A stretch of 64,000 nt of DNA from Thermoanaerobaculia bacterium (GTDB lineage: Bacteria > Acidobacteriota > Thermoanaerobaculia > Multivoradales > Multivoraceae): the NCBI GenBank assembly GCA_963664405.1, contig OY761158.1:5568001-5632000 (forward strand), given 5' to 3'. A program made the translations under genes and the position numbers. Position 1 is the first letter of the stretch. Each line of letters opens with the position of its first letter. Under the pieces are notes generated by a model. The model worked only from the letters and a program-made list of their open reading frames with translations. It was not told where the DNA came from and did not search any database. Of the stretch, positions 39,212-50,506 are shown one piece after another.

Positions 39212-40291
39212 TCAGAACTCGTCCTTGAGGCCCTCGATCACCATCTCTTTGTCGATCAAAAGGCGGTGCCCCTGTCCGTTGCCCTGCACCTCGGGGCGGG
39301 CGAAGGGATCGAACTCGAAGGGCTTGATGAGACGGCTGAAGACCGTCTTGAGGGCTCGAGCCCCAATCCGACTGTTCTTCGAGGCCTCGCGGGCGATGCG
39401 CCTGGCCGCTTCCTCACTCATCTGTAGCTCGATTCCGTATCGGGTGAAGAATTTCTTGGAGGCTTCGAACACGCTGTCTCGAGTCTCCGTGAAGATCCTC
39501 TGGAGGACTTCAGGAGTCAGGTCTTCGAGGATGATTGCGTTGTCGAAGCGAGACAGGAACTGTGGCTGCATGCCGTAGTCGAAGAGATCCTCTAGGCGGA
39601 AGTGATCAGAGAGGGTGAAATGCTCGCGGATCTGCACTCGCCCGTCTTCGTAAGTCGTGGTCGAGGGCAGTTTGATGCCGCTCTTGGGAGAGATGACCCG
39701 ATGGAAGACCTGGTCGTAGAGTGTCTCAAAGGCACCGGCGCAGAGGAAGAGCATGTGGGCGGAGTCGATTTCGATCGTGTTCTCCGCCCCTTCCATGTCG
39801 CGCAGCCTGTAGAGGAGCTTTTCGCCCTCGATCAAGGTCAGGAGGGCTTGTTGGATGTTGATGCCGGTGACGAAGGGTCGACCGCCGACGACGGCGCTGA
39901 CCTTGTCGACTTCGTCGATACACACCGTGGCATGCTGCATCAGGTGCTGGATGTCGTCGGCGGTGGCGCCCTCGCCGAGAATCTGTCGAGCGCGTTCCTC
40001 GAGCCGCCTGAGCAACGGCGTGGTGTCGACCAGACCGGTGTCGTCGGCGAGAATGTTGGCATTGACGATGATTACATTGCGGTACTGCTCGAATTCCGGC
40101 GTTGCCGCGTAGAGGCGCTCCATTGCCCGCATCGTTGTGGTCTTGCCGGTTCCCGAATTTCCGATCAGGAGCAGGTTGCCAAAGGGCTCCCCTTCAATAT
40201 GTTTGAAGATCGCGACAGAGACGTACTTGAGTGTGCTCTCTTGACCGATGACGTCCTGGCTCAGTCCAACAAAAATCTCGGGCGGTCTCAT
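39212..40291 (-). CDS. ClpX-like AAA+ ATPase (atypical)
   Basis: VIGQE, GNSGTGKT, IDEVDKV, QQALLTLIEG, FLCAGAF, YGMQPQFLSRF, GARALK. Confidence 0.8.
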   Translation of the reverse strand: MRPPEIFVGLSQDVIGQESTLKYVSVAIFKHIEGEPFGNLLLIGNSGTGKTTTMRAMERLYAATPEFEQYRNVIIVNANILADDTGLVDTTPLLRRLEERARQILGEGATADDIQHLMQHATVCIDEVDKVSAVVGGRPFVTGINIQQALLTLIEGEKLLYRLRDMEGAENTIEIDSAHMLFLCAGAFETLYDQVFHRVISPKSGIKLPSTTTYEDGRVQIREHFTLSDHFRLEDLFDYGMQPQFLSRFDNAIILEDLTPEVLQRIFTETRDSVFEASKKFFTRYGIELQMSEEAARRIAREASKNSRIGARALKTVFSRLIKPFEFDPFARPEVQGNGQGHRLLIDKEMVIEGLKDEF

Positions 40292-40498
40292 AGGCTTTGC
40301 TCAGAATCGAAGAACGGACGGCAGCATTCTATTGGACGGCCCCCCTTTCCATGGGGCGTACCCCATTTCTGATGGGGGCTTAACCCTATTCCTTGGGGCG
40401 TCGAGTCGTCCTTGCAGCTATTACGGGTGTGGTTGGCAGGGCGTCTAGTCACCGGCGCCGCAAAGCCTCGCTCCTTCGGTAAGATGTGGCTTCCGCGG

Positions 40499-42034
40499 AT
40501 GAATCGATCATACAACTACGCCTTGGCAGTGCTGGCGCTAACCAGCGGGTTACCAGCGATCGCACAGGTCACAGATTTCCGTCTTTCGCAGGCCGTCCAG
40601 GTCGAGTCGGCCCCGGCATCTCTGGTGGCCTATCTCGATGCTTGGGGAGAGTCCGGCGTCCCGGTCGAGGAGCTGTCGCCGGACGTCATTTCAGCGACCC
40701 TCGGCGGCCAGGCGCTGGAACTGGTGGACCTTCAGCCTCACCGTAGTGCCGGCGGGGGTGTTGCCTATATCTTTTCCGTCGACATCTCTCGCTCCTTGTC
40801 GCAGGCCCAGTTTGAAGGCATCCGACGTGCCATAGATGGTTGGTTCGGCCGGCTCAGGCCGGAAGACCGCGCGGCGCTCATCAGTTTCGGCGATCGCAGC
40901 GAGGTGGTGGTGGACTTCACCGGCGAAGTCGAAGTGCTGCGCCAAGCTTTGCTCGGCCTCGGACCTACCGATGGAAGCACCGTGCTCTACCAGGGGATCC
41001 ACGATGCCGTCGAGCTGAGCTCACGTCGCGACGAAGATCTACCCGGTCGGCGGGTTCTGGTGGTTCTGAGCGATGGCCTGGACGAGGGCAGCGGATTGAC
41101 GGCCGAGGACGTTCTCGCGACTCTCGAGGAGCGCTCCCTACCCCTGTATGCGCTCGGTTTTGGTGGTAGCGCTCGCCGCGATTCGCTCGATCTGCTCCTA
41201 CGTCTCGCCACCAACTCGGGTGGCAGCTTCATTGCCGTCGACGGATTCGACTTCGAAGGCGCCTATGATGCGACCCGGGAGATCATCGAAAGGGTGTGGG
41301 TCGCCGAGCTCCGTTGCGACACTTGCCCGACCGACGGCTCACGGCAGCGCCTGCAGGTGAATCTCAATGTCGGGGGTCGGGTGCTCTCCAAGGGCCTCGA
41401 CATGCGACTGCTGCCGCCGCTCAATGCTCCGGCCGGCGAGCCCGATGGGGGAGCTTCGCCGGTGACGCCGGTCGCCGACGTCGAGGATGTGATGGAACCG
41501 TCCCAGGCGGAGGCCGCACAAGGCGCTGCTGGCATCGATCTGAGGTTGTGGTTGGCGATTGGCGGAGGAGTGCTCCTCGCCGCCCTCGCCGCCTATGCGA
41601 TAGGTCGGCGCCGCTCCGGCGGGGATTCTGAGGACGAGGAGGTCCCGCGACGGCGGCCTGTTCGCGCCAAGATGTCGCGCCGCGAGCGAAAGCTCAATGA
41701 AGTACCGATGGACAGCAAGCCGCCGGCAACCGCCATCTCCTTGCGATTAGTCGTGGTGCGCGGATCTTCTCGCGGCCACGAGTATCGTTTCCTCTTGCGC
41801 GAAGAAGGCATTCTCGGATCGGGCAAGGGGAGCGACTTCACTGTTGCAGAAGAGCCTGGCGTCGCGGCGCAGCATGTGGCGCTCTATCAGGAGAGCGGCT
41901 CCGTCTACGCCCGCAACTTGGCAGAGCGGGAGCCGATGCTGCTCAACGGTGCTGCTCTCGATCAGCCTCAGCCAATCAAGAGCGGTGACCTTCTCGGCAA
42001 CAAGGCGTTCATCGCTCGCATCGTGTTGGGATAG
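40499..42034 (+). CDS. Exported VWA domain - TM - cytoplasmic FHA-like domain protein
   Basis: Signal peptide; DISRS MIDAS, T.LY, VLSDGLD; one TM helix; C-terminal degenerate FHA (ILGSG..DF...VAAQH...NG...IKSGD). Confidence 0.75.
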   Translation: MNRSYNYALAVLALTSGLPAIAQVTDFRLSQAVQVESAPASLVAYLDAWGESGVPVEELSPDVISATLGGQALELVDLQPHRSAGGGVAYIFSVDISRSLSQAQFEGIRRAIDGWFGRLRPEDRAALISFGDRSEVVVDFTGEVEVLRQALLGLGPTDGSTVLYQGIHDAVELSSRRDEDLPGRRVLVVLSDGLDEGSGLTAEDVLATLEERSLPLYALGFGGSARRDSLDLLLRLATNSGGSFIAVDGFDFEGAYDATREIIERVWVAELRCDTCPTDGSRQRLQVNLNVGGRVLSKGLDMRLLPPLNAPAGEPDGGASPVTPVADVEDVMEPSQAEAAQGAAGIDLRLWLAIGGGVLLAALAAYAIGRRRSGGDSEDEEVPRRRPVRAKMSRRERKLNEVPMDSKPPATAISLRLVVVRGSSRGHEYRFLLREEGILGSGKGSDFTVAEEPGVAAQHVALYQESGSVYARNLAEREPMLLNGAALDQPQPIKSGDLLGNKAFIARIVLG

Positions 42035-42066
42035 CCCCGGCTGCGGCCGGCGCCGAGGGCGGCGCT

Positions 42067-42699
42067 TCAGGAGCCCCGCCGTGAAGGCTCCGGGTCTTTG
42101 GGGACCCGAGCACGGAGTCTTTCGTAGTCCTCCGGTGTGTCGATGTCGCTGATCACTCCGTCGTCGTCGGTCTCGACCTCCAAAGGGGGGTAACGTTCGA
42201 GCAGTTGGCGCAGGCCGACGGATGGGTCGAGGCTCGGAATTTCGGCGACCCGACGTGGTGCGATGATCAGTGGGTGTCCGTGCTTCCCTTCGTAGGTCGG
42301 CACCGCGAGATCGGTCTCGCAGTCGCCAAAGGCGCGGAGCAGTCGGCGCACGGTCACCTCTTTGATTCTCGGTAGGTCGGCAGGGCTGACAAGCAGTGGG
42401 GTGGAGGCTTTCTCTAGAGCTGCCTCTCCACCCGCGGCATCGAGGCCGGCCAGGATTGTCGACAGCATGCCGTCGTCCGGAGTCGGATTGATCGCGGCCT
42501 CGATTCCGCTCTCTCTCGCCCAGTGTCGAAGCTCCTCGCCTTGCGGCGCCGTGACCAGGACTATTCGCTCAACTCCGGCGGCCCGCAGAGTGCGGACCAG
42601 GCTTCCGACGATCGTCGATCCGCCAAACTCCAGGAGGAGCTTGGGGCGGCCCATGCGACGCGAGAGCCCAGCCGCGGGGAGGATTGCCAGGGGCGTCAC
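42067..42699 (-). CDS. mocA: Molybdenum cofactor cytidylyltransferase-like nucleotidyltransferase
   Basis: [37 protein letters not shown]. Confidence 0.78.
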   Translation of the reverse strand: MTPLAILPAAGLSRRMGRPKLLLEFGGSTIVGSLVRTLRAAGVERIVLVTAPQGEELRHWARESGIEAAINPTPDDGMLSTILAGLDAAGGEAALEKASTPLLVSPADLPRIKEVTVRRLLRAFGDCETDLAVPTYEGKHGHPLIIAPRRVAEIPSLDPSVGLRQLLERYPPLEVETDDDGVISDIDTPEDYERLRARVPKDPEPSRRGS

Positions 42700-45320
42700 G
42701 CTGCTGTCTCGGCTGCCGCCGGAACAGACTCGACTTCGATCTTCCCGTTGCGGGCTTCGACCAGCAGCTTGGCGCCAGGCAGGAGTTCACCCGCGACGAT
42801 CGCCCGTCCGAGCTTGGTCTCCAGGGTGTGCTGGAGGTAGCGCTTCAGGGCGCGCGCGCCGTAGACCGGGTCGAAGCCCTCGCGGGCGATGAGCTCTCGA
42901 GCCCCCTCGGACATCTCGATCTCGAACTTGTGCTCGCGGAGTCGCTGGACGAGGTCCTCTGTGAGCAGCCCGACGATCTGCTTGATCTCCTCGAAGAGGA
43001 GCGGGCTGAACAGAACGACGTCGTCGATGCGGTTGAGGAACTCAGGACGGAAGTGCGATCCGAGCATTCCCATGACTTGCTCCTGCACTCGCTCAGGAAT
43101 GGTGCCGTCACCGCTCATACCCTCGATCAACGTGGTCGAGCCGATGTTGGAGGTCATGATGATGACCGTGTTCTTGAAGTCGACAGTGCGCCCTTGTGCG
43201 TCGGTGACTCGCCCGTCGTCGAGGATCTGCAGCAACACGTTGAAGACGTCAGGGTGCGCCTTTTCGATCTCGTCGAAGAGGATCACCGAATAGGGCTTAC
43301 GGCGAGTGGCTTCGGTGAGCTGTCCTCCTTCGTCGTAACCGACGTAGCCTGGCGGAGCGCCGATGAGTCGCGAGACCGCGTGGCGCTCCATGTACTCGCT
43401 CATGTCGATTCGGACGATGTTTTCCTCGCTATCGAAGAGGGCCTCGGCGAGCGTCTTCGCCAACTCGGTCTTGCCGACTCCGGTGGGACCGAGAAAGAGG
43501 AAAGAGCCGATCGGGCGCCTCGGGTCTTTGATCCCCGAGCGGGCACGAATAACAGCGTCGGCGACGAGCTGGATTGCCTCGTCCTGGCCGATGACGCGAC
43601 GGTGTAGGATCTCATCGAGGCGAAGGAGCTTCTCTCGCTCTCCCTCCACTAGTCGAGTCACTGGAACCCCGGTCCAGAGCGACACGATCTGGGCCACCTC
43701 GTCTTCGGTGACCTCCTCTCGCAACAGGCGCTGCGAGCTGTTCGCGTCGGCCTTTTCTTCGAGCTCAGAGAGCTGTACCTCGAGCTCGGGAAGGCGACCG
43801 TGGCGGAGTTGCGCGGCTTTGTTTAGGTCGTACTCGCGCTCGGCGAGCTCTACCTGACGACGGACTTCTTCCATCTCCTCCCGCACTTTGCGGACATCGT
43901 CGATGGCGTGCTTCTCGTTCTCCCATTGGGCTCTCATGGTGTCGCCCTTGGTTTTCCAGTCGGCGAGCTCTTTGTTCAGGATCTTGAGACGCTCTTTACT
44001 GGCCTTGTCCTTTTCTTTGACCAGTGAGGCGGCCTCGATCTCGAGGCGCATGACCCGGCGTGTGACCTCATCGAGCTCTGCCGGCATCGAATCGATCTCG
44101 GTTCGAACCATGGCACAGGCTTCGTCGACGAGGTCGATCGCCTTATCGGGAAGGAAGCGATCGGTGATGTAGCGGTGCGAGAGTACGGCGGATGCGACCA
44201 GTGCATTGTCCTGGATACGGACGCCATGGTGGACCTCATAGCGCTCCTTCAGACCACGAAGGATGGAGACCGTGTCTTCGACCGAAGGCGCGTCGACCAG
44301 CACCGGCTGGAATCGGCGCTCCAGGGCGGCGTCCTTTTCGATGTGTTTGCGGTGCTCATCGAGGGTGGTGGCGCCGATGCAGTGGAGCTCACCTCGAGCA
44401 AGCATCGGCTTGAGCAGATTGCCCGCGTCGGTCGACCCCTCGGTCTTGCCGGCGCCGACAATGTTGTGAACTTCGTCAATGAAGAGAAGGATTCGGCCCT
44501 CGCTCTCCTTGATCTCGCTGAGGACCGCCTTGAGCCGCTCCTCGAACTCGCCTCGGTACTTGGCGCCCGCGAGTAGAGATCCGATGTCGAGGGAGAACAC
44601 ACTGCGCTCTTTCATCCACTCGGGAACGTCCCCCCGGACAATTCGCTGCGCGAGGCCTTCGACGATCGCTGTCTTGCCGACGCCGGGCTCGCCAATGAGC
44701 ACCGGGTTGTTCTTGGTTTTTCTAGACAGGATGCGGATGACTCTGCGGATCTCGCTGTCGCGACCGATGATCGGATCCAACTTGCCCGCCCGTGCCTGCG
44801 CGACCAGGTCGATGCCGTACTTCTCCAGGGCCTCGTAAGCGACTTCGGGGTTGGCGCTGGTTACGCGCTGGTTTCCCCGCACTTCCTGGAGCGCAGCAAG
44901 AAAGCGTGGGCGATCGAGAGCCAGGTCGTGGAGGATCTTTCCCACCCCCGAAGAGGAGGGTAGGTCCAGCAGGGCGAGGAAGAGATGTTCTACCGAGACG
45001 TATTCGTCTTTCAGTCTCTTTGCCTCGTCCTCGGCCTGAACGAGGGTCTTCTGCGCCTCGGGCGAAACGTAGATCTTGCCTGCTTCGACCGCGCCACTGA
45101 CTTTAGGCTTGCTCTCGATGGCCGCGTTCGTCTGTTGTCGCACGCTCTCCACCGATGCTCCGAGCCTTTCGAGGAGCCGGGGTATGAGTCCGTCGTCCGG
45201 GTCGACAAGCGCCTTGAATAGGTGCTCGTTGTCGATCTGCTGCTGGCCGAGGCGTACTGCGATGCTCTGGGCTTCTTGGATAGCCTCTTGGGTCTTCTGG
45301 GTTGCTTTGTTCAGGTCCAT
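42696..45320 (-). CDS. clpB: ATP-dependent chaperone ClpB
   Basis: [41 protein letters not shown]-domain, [24 protein letters not shown]. Confidence 0.97.
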   Translation of the reverse strand: MDLNKATQKTQEAIQEAQSIAVRLGQQQIDNEHLFKALVDPDDGLIPRLLERLGASVESVRQQTNAAIESKPKVSGAVEAGKIYVSPEAQKTLVQAEDEAKRLKDEYVSVEHLFLALLDLPSSSGVGKILHDLALDRPRFLAALQEVRGNQRVTSANPEVAYEALEKYGIDLVAQARAGKLDPIIGRDSEIRRVIRILSRKTKNNPVLIGEPGVGKTAIVEGLAQRIVRGDVPEWMKERSVFSLDIGSLLAGAKYRGEFEERLKAVLSEIKESEGRILLFIDEVHNIVGAGKTEGSTDAGNLLKPMLARGELHCIGATTLDEHRKHIEKDAALERRFQPVLVDAPSVEDTVSILRGLKERYEVHHGVRIQDNALVASAVLSHRYITDRFLPDKAIDLVDEACAMVRTEIDSMPAELDEVTRRVMRLEIEAASLVKEKDKASKERLKILNKELADWKTKGDTMRAQWENEKHAIDDVRKVREEMEEVRRQVELAEREYDLNKAAQLRHGRLPELEVQLSELEEKADANSSQRLLREEVTEDEVAQIVSLWTGVPVTRLVEGEREKLLRLDEILHRRVIGQDEAIQLVADAVIRARSGIKDPRRPIGSFLFLGPTGVGKTELAKTLAEALFDSEENIVRIDMSEYMERHAVSRLIGAPPGYVGYDEGGQLTEATRRKPYSVILFDEIEKAHPDVFNVLLQILDDGRVTDAQGRTVDFKNTVIIMTSNIGSTTLIEGMSGDGTIPERVQEQVMGMLGSHFRPEFLNRIDDVVLFSPLLFEEIKQIVGLLTEDLVQRLREHKFEIEMSEGARELIAREGFDPVYGARALKRYLQHTLETKLGRAIVAGELLPGAKLLVEARNGKIEVESVPAAAETAA

Positions 45321-45321
45321 T

Positions 45322-46263
45322 TTATTCTCCTTCCGTTGGGCTCACCTCTTCTTCGTCTGACAAGGAAGCCAGTCCCTGGTAGAGTTCTCGTTCGCTCTCC
45401 GTGGGGGACTCCGGCACCACGATTCGTACCTCGCCGTACAGGTCACCGCGCTCGTCTTTGCCGCGACCCAGACCTCTTCCACGGAGCCGGATCTTTCTCC
45501 CTGACGAGGATCCACCGGGGAGCTTGATGGTTGCGTCGCCCTCCAGAGTACGGACGCGAGCCTCACCGCCAAGAGCCGCGAGCCATGGAGGAATGTCGAT
45601 CGTGGTAACAAGGTTCGTTCCCTCTACCCTGAAGTGGGGATGGGGGACGAGCTCGATCTTCAAGAGTAGATCTCCTGGGGCGGCGCCCATCGATCCTGGG
45701 CTTCCCTTGCCGCTGAGTCGGATTCGCTGACCCGGTCGCGCGCCCGGTGGAAGCGATATCTCCAACCTCTGATGTTTGCCGGTCTCTCTATGTTGCAAGG
45801 TGATCTGGCGCTTTCCACCCGCGGTCAGTTCCTCGAGTGTCACCTTGATCGTGGACTCTAGGTCCGCGCCTCTCCTTGGCGTCGATTGCTGGTGGGGCGA
45901 CCATGTCTTGGCTCCGCCCCCACCGAATAGCATTTCGAAGAAGGAGCTGAATCCCGAGGGACCGGCGCCGAAGTCGAAGCCTTCGCCGGGCGCGAAATCG
46001 AAGCCTTCCCATCCCGGCGGTGGAGCTCCAGTCTGCTGGGCTGTCTTCCAAGCGCTTCCGAACTGGTCGTACTTGGCGCGCTTGTCCGCATTCTTGAGAA
46101 CCTCGTAGGCTTCGCCGATCTGTTTGAATTTACTTTCGGCAGAGGCGTCCTTGTTGATGTCCGGGTGATATTGGCGCGCCAACTTGCGGTAGGCCCGTTG
46201 AATGTCCGCTTCCGAAGCGCCCTTATCGACACCGAGAATCTCGTAGTAGTTGTGGTACGCCAA
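45322..46263 (-). CDS. cbpA: DnaJ-class co-chaperone without zinc finger (CbpA-like)
   Basis: [20 protein letters not shown]-domain, G/F region, DnaJ C-domain. TTG start at 46263 follows GGAGG. Confidence 0.85.
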   Translation of the reverse strand: MAYHNYYEILGVDKGASEADIQRAYRKLARQYHPDINKDASAESKFKQIGEAYEVLKNADKRAKYDQFGSAWKTAQQTGAPPPGWEGFDFAPGEGFDFGAGPSGFSSFFEMLFGGGGAKTWSPHQQSTPRRGADLESTIKVTLEELTAGGKRQITLQHRETGKHQRLEISLPPGARPGQRIRLSGKGSPGSMGAAPGDLLLKIELVPHPHFRVEGTNLVTTIDIPPWLAALGGEARVRTLEGDATIKLPGGSSSGRKIRLRGRGLGRGKDERGDLYGEVRIVVPESPTESERELYQGLASLSDEEEVSPTEGE

Positions 46264-46560
46264 GAAAAGACCTCCGCCGCTAGTGCGCGGCCGCTGCGAC
46301 AATCGGTCAAGAATACGCGCCTTCCGGCTCGCCTCCCGCACAGCTCCACCGAGGAGCTACTGCCCGTCCAAACCCTCGGACGCGCCCCAGTCGCCGTGAT
46401 ATCTGCGTCACACGGGCTAATATAACCCGCCTTATGGGTTTAATCTTAGTCCATTGATGTCATATATTGCAACAGGCATTGCCGCAGCAAGATTCCCGGG
46501 TAGGTCCCCTTTTTTGTTCGCCGTCGGGCTGTCGGCGACGTCGGTTCGGTCGACGCCATA

Positions 46561-46597
46561 ACGAAAAGGCGACCGATCCCGTGAGGATCGGTCGCCT
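46561..46597 (-). terminator. Rho-independent terminator of the ferredoxin gene
   Basis: Perfect 13-bp stem AGGCGACCGATCC / GGATCGGTCGCCT with 5-nt loop, ending in a short U-run on the minus strand. Confidence 0.85.
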
Positions 46598-46622
46598 GAT
46601 GAGAGCTAGCTCTGGGGCCGTG

Positions 46623-46877
46623 CTAGGGAGCTTCGAGATCGAAATGCTCGTAGTTCTTGGCGATGTACGCGCTCCACTTGTCCGGCGTTTCTTCTAGAGT
46701 GAAGATCGCCTGCACAGGGCACGCGTCAATACACAGGCCGCAGTCGATGCACTCTTCCGGGTGGATGTAGAGCATCTCCCAGTCGTCGTCTTTTCCGTAA
46801 ATGCAATCTACCGGGCATACGTCGACACAGGCGGTATCTTTCACCCCGACGCAAGGCTCGGTAATGATATGAGTCAT
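46623..46877 (-). CDS. Ferredoxin (FdxA/7Fe type)
   Basis: ITEPC...ACVDVCPVDCI...IHPEECIDCGLCIDACPVQAI. Confidence 0.93.
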   Translation of the reverse strand: MTHIITEPCVGVKDTACVDVCPVDCIYGKDDDWEMLYIHPEECIDCGLCIDACPVQAIFTLEETPDKWSAYIAKNYEHFDLEAP

Positions 46878-46992
46878 CTGCTTCTCTCCTTCGAATGGCT
46901 TGTGTTTGTTGCGCGATTCCTTGGACGGGTAATTCTTACAATAATGAGGGCACTTTTCAACAACGGACTTGGTCTAGTTGCGTCCGTTCCCT

Positions 46993-48270
46993 CTAGGAGG
47001 CGAGGGCCCCGATGCTCTCGGCGAAGGCCGAAAGGGTCTTGTCGATCTCTTCGTCCCCATGTGCCGTCGAGACGAAGAGGGTTTCATAGGGAGACGGCGG
47101 AAGATGGACGCCTCTCGCCAACAGCAAGTGGAAGAGCTGAGTCCAGGTCGCGCGGTCCGAGCCTTCGACATCGGCTAGTGAACGAACCGGTGTGTCGGTC
47201 AGAAAGAGCGAAAGCATCGAGCCGCAGCGCTGAATCGTGCTGGGAAGGCCGGCCTGCTCGAAGAGTCTCTCGAGACCTGCCTCGAGAGTCGCCGCGTTGG
47301 ACTCGAGATCGTCGTAGGCGTTCCAGTCGTGAGCCGAAAGAAGTTCCAATGTTTTTCGGCCCGCGGCCACCGCCAGCGGATTCCCCGACAGGGTTCCCGC
47401 CTGGTAGACATCTCCCGCCGGCGCGATTCGATTCATCAACTCTCGAGGGCCGCAATAGGCGCCGATCGGCAGGCCGCCGCCGATCACCTTGGCGAGGCAG
47501 GTGATGTCCGGCCGAACTCCGAGAAGGGTCTGGGCGCCGCCCCAGGCGACCCGGAAGCCGGTCATCACCTCGTCGAAGATCAGCAAGGTGTCGTGCTGGT
47601 CGCACAGCCTCCTGAGCCCTTCGAGGAAGCCGGGTACCGGCGGAACGAGGCCCATGTTCCCGGCTACCGGCTCGACGATCACGGCGGCGATCTCGCCCGA
47701 GAAAGTGGCGAAGAGACTCTCGGCCTCTTGGAGATCGTTGTAAGGAGCTAGCAGGGTGTGCGCAGTCACCGAGTCGGGCACCCCGGGGGAGGACGGCACG
47801 CCGATGGTTGCGGCTCCCGAGCCAGCGGCCACCAAGAAGGGGTCCGCGTGACCGTGGTAACACCCCTCGAATTTGATCAACTTCTCGCGCTCGGTCACCG
47901 CCCTTGCCAGCCGGAGAGCCGACATCGCGGCCTCTGTCCCAGAGCTCACCAGGCGGACCATTTCCGCGGAGGGGATGGCGGAGGCGATGAGCTCCCCGAG
48001 CTCTACCTCGGCGATCGTCGGTGTACCGAAGCTCTGACCGAGAGGAGCGGCTTGGCGGATTGCCTCCACGACCTCGGGGTGACTGTGGCCCAGGATCATC
48101 GGACCGTAGCCGCCGATGTAGTCGAGATATCGGGTACCGTCTTGGGCGGTCAGCCAGGCGCCTTCGGCTTGACGGACGAAGACCGGCTCACCGCCGACAC
48201 CCCTGAAGGCTCGAACTGGTGAGTTGACTCCACCAGGTAGAACGAGGCTGGCGCGACCTATAAGGCTCAT
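46993..48270 (-). CDS. hemL: Glutamate-1-semialdehyde 2,1-aminomutase
   Basis: PGGVNSPVRAF, SSGTEA, FEGCYHGH, EPVAGN, FDEVMTGFR, AKVIGGG, QAGTLSGNP. Confidence 0.96.
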   Translation of the reverse strand: MSLIGRASLVLPGGVNSPVRAFRGVGGEPVFVRQAEGAWLTAQDGTRYLDYIGGYGPMILGHSHPEVVEAIRQAAPLGQSFGTPTIAEVELGELIASAIPSAEMVRLVSSGTEAAMSALRLARAVTEREKLIKFEGCYHGHADPFLVAAGSGAATIGVPSSPGVPDSVTAHTLLAPYNDLQEAESLFATFSGEIAAVIVEPVAGNMGLVPPVPGFLEGLRRLCDQHDTLLIFDEVMTGFRVAWGGAQTLLGVRPDITCLAKVIGGGLPIGAYCGPRELMNRIAPAGDVYQAGTLSGNPLAVAAGRKTLELLSAHDWNAYDDLESNAATLEAGLERLFEQAGLPSTIQRCGSMLSLFLTDTPVRSLADVEGSDRATWTQLFHLLLARGVHLPPSPYETLFVSTAHGDEEIDKTLSAFAESIGALAS

Positions 48271-48319
48271 CAAGGCTCGGTTTCGAGAGACGAGTGAAAG
48301 GAGCTCAGGCGACGCGATC

Positions 48320-50494
48320 TCAGTTGAGGACTCGCATCCGGGCCTTGGCGCGAGGAGAGATCGAAGGCCCGTCGGCGTGATAGAGCCGTCCGTTCACTAC
48401 CTCGGCCGCCTCGGAGAAGCTGGCGTCGGCGTTGCTGGAGTACTCACCGCCCGCTGCTGCCAGGGCCAAGCCTTGGAGATATTTGATCTGGCCCTTTCCG
48501 ATCGGAGAGGATGGCGGCGGATCGACCGACTGGAGAAATCGGATCGTGTTCTGCAGATCGCCCCCGCGGAGGAAGACCGCCGCCTGGTTCAGCCGGATCA
48601 CCCAAGGAGGTACGAGACTCTCTTCGTCGAGGCTGAGGCGCAGAAGTTCATACGCAGCGGCGGAGTAGAGCAGATCTGACTCCCTGGGGCCTACGATGAC
48701 GGGTGTCGTCTCATAGGCAAGCTGCACTTCACGCTCTCCTGAGGCGGAAAGCACGCGCAGCGGGACCGTTTTGCCGCTACGAACGTGGCTCTCGACCCGT
48801 GCTTGGAGCTCTTGGCGCAGGTGTTGTGAAGAGGTCAGTGCGACGCCGTCGATCTCCAGGATCTCGTCGCCGACGCGCAACTTGGCCGCCTGGGCGGGTC
48901 CCCCCTCGACAATCTGTACGACCAAGGGCGCCTGGGCCACTGGCGAGTCCACGATCGTCGCTCCCATGCTCGGTCGTTCGCTGATGATCGAGGAATCCAG
49001 CATCGCGGCCAAGGGGTCTGAGACTCCTTCTGAAAGCGCGATATCGACGACGTCTGGTTGCGTCGGCAGAGGAGCCTGTGGGAACAGAAATACGTGAGCT
49101 CTGTCGGCGAGCAGCTCGTCTGAGAGGACTGCCAGGACGTAGAGGGCCCCCTTGGCCCTTCGATCCGCTTCTTCCTGGATCTTTGCCCAGGGAATCGCCT
49201 GTCGACTTCCTGCCTGGGCGAAGGCACGGAGCTGTGGGGTCTCGACCCCGGCGGCGGAGAGAACTGCGTCACCAGCTTCCGATCGATCGATCAGGGCCCA
49301 GCGATCGAGCCCATCGAGCCTCTCACCCAGAAGGCTGCGGAGCCGCTCCGTGCTGGTTTCGTCGCCGCCGAGCACGCCGAGCAGGATCAGGGGTGGCCTC
49401 AGCCTGATCGGGAGCTCGACCCGGTCTTGATCCTCGATGTCGACGTCTGCCTCGAAGCGGCCAAGATCGGGGTGAGTGAGAGCCAACTGATACTCGCCGG
49501 GGGGGAGGATGAGGGCGGGCTCCCCGCTATCAAAGGACGGCGCTACCAGCTCGCCGTTGGCTCGAACGATGACACCGGCCGGTAGCCCGCGCAGGACAAT
49601 GGTTCCAGCCGTCGGCTCGAGCTCGATCGGCTCGGACATGTAGTAGTCCTGAAGCAGCTCGATATTCGCCTTTCGGCGAAAGTCGCGATAGCCCTCTTTG
49701 CGAGCGCTGAGCTCGTAGCTCCCCACTTGGAGATCATCCAGGATCATTCGAGCGGCATCAGAGGGGGCTCCGCCAGAGGGGACGGCGGTAGTGCCTTGGA
49801 GCACGTCGTTGACGTAGATCTCTGTTTCCTCGAGTGAGGTGAAGAGAGTGAGCACAGCGGCGGTACGCTCGAGGGCGACCTCGAGAATCGGGACTTCGTC
49901 GGTGACGGCTTCCGCTTCTTGCTCGACGGTGGAGTAGCCGGGGCGCTCTACGATGACGATGTGGGGGCCCAGTGGCAGCTGGAGGAGGCCGGTATCGTCC
50001 GCCGTCCAGCGCCCCACCGAGATTCGCGCGTCGGTCGGATTGGCTGCGACTTGGATCGAGCCGACCAGGACCGCCTTGGCGGCGTCGAAGAGTTCGGCGA
50101 ATTTGGACGACACGAGGCTGCGGTCCCAGGCGAAGGCCGGCTCGTTGGCGAGCAGCGTGTTCAGACTCTGTTCGACTCCTTCGGTGTCGCCTACGTTGAA
50201 GTCGACCTGGGCCCGAAGGAAGTGAGTGTTCGCCACCAAAGCATGGATCTCTTCCGGCGGGTCTTCGACGATGCTGTTCTCTTCGACCTTGGCCAGAAAG
50301 GCGTCAAAGAGGGCCCGGGAATCCGCCTGGTTGCGGGAATTGAAAACTTTCTCGGCTTCGACGTACTCGGGGATGATCTCTTCCCAGACATCGGGCTCCG
50401 GTAGGTCTTCCTCGACCAGCCGCTGGGCCCACCCGGCCGTTGCCAAGGTGACTAGCGGCACCGCGAGTGCGCAGATGAATCTTGTTGCTCGCAT
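48320..50494 (-). CDS. Exported PEGA-repeat + PDZ domain protein with TPR-like helices
   Basis: Signal peptide; PEGA-like repeats (NPTDARI..LPLGPH..RPGY; LQVGSY..KEGY); PDZ GGPAQAAKLRVGDEILEIDG. Confidence 0.75.
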   Translation of the reverse strand: MRATRFICALAVPLVTLATAGWAQRLVEEDLPEPDVWEEIIPEYVEAEKVFNSRNQADSRALFDAFLAKVEENSIVEDPPEEIHALVANTHFLRAQVDFNVGDTEGVEQSLNTLLANEPAFAWDRSLVSSKFAELFDAAKAVLVGSIQVAANPTDARISVGRWTADDTGLLQLPLGPHIVIVERPGYSTVEQEAEAVTDEVPILEVALERTAAVLTLFTSLEETEIYVNDVLQGTTAVPSGGAPSDAARMILDDLQVGSYELSARKEGYRDFRRKANIELLQDYYMSEPIELEPTAGTIVLRGLPAGVIVRANGELVAPSFDSGEPALILPPGEYQLALTHPDLGRFEADVDIEDQDRVELPIRLRPPLILLGVLGGDETSTERLRSLLGERLDGLDRWALIDRSEAGDAVLSAAGVETPQLRAFAQAGSRQAIPWAKIQEEADRRAKGALYVLAVLSDELLADRAHVFLFPQAPLPTQPDVVDIALSEGVSDPLAAMLDSSIISERPSMGATIVDSPVAQAPLVVQIVEGGPAQAAKLRVGDEILEIDGVALTSSQHLRQELQARVESHVRSGKTVPLRVLSASGEREVQLAYETTPVIVGPRESDLLYSAAAYELLRLSLDEESLVPPWVIRLNQAAVFLRGGDLQNTIRFLQSVDPPPSSPIGKGQIKYLQGLALAAAGGEYSSNADASFSEAAEVVNGRLYHADGPSISPRAKARMRVLN

Positions 50495-50506
50495 CTTGAA
50501 AAGAGG

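Noticed and set aside
40339-40379. Hairpin ATGGGG-CGTA-CCCCAT with outer GCCCCC/GGGGGC between divergent genes
   Set aside because: Single short copy with no U-tract; not enough evidence to assign a function.
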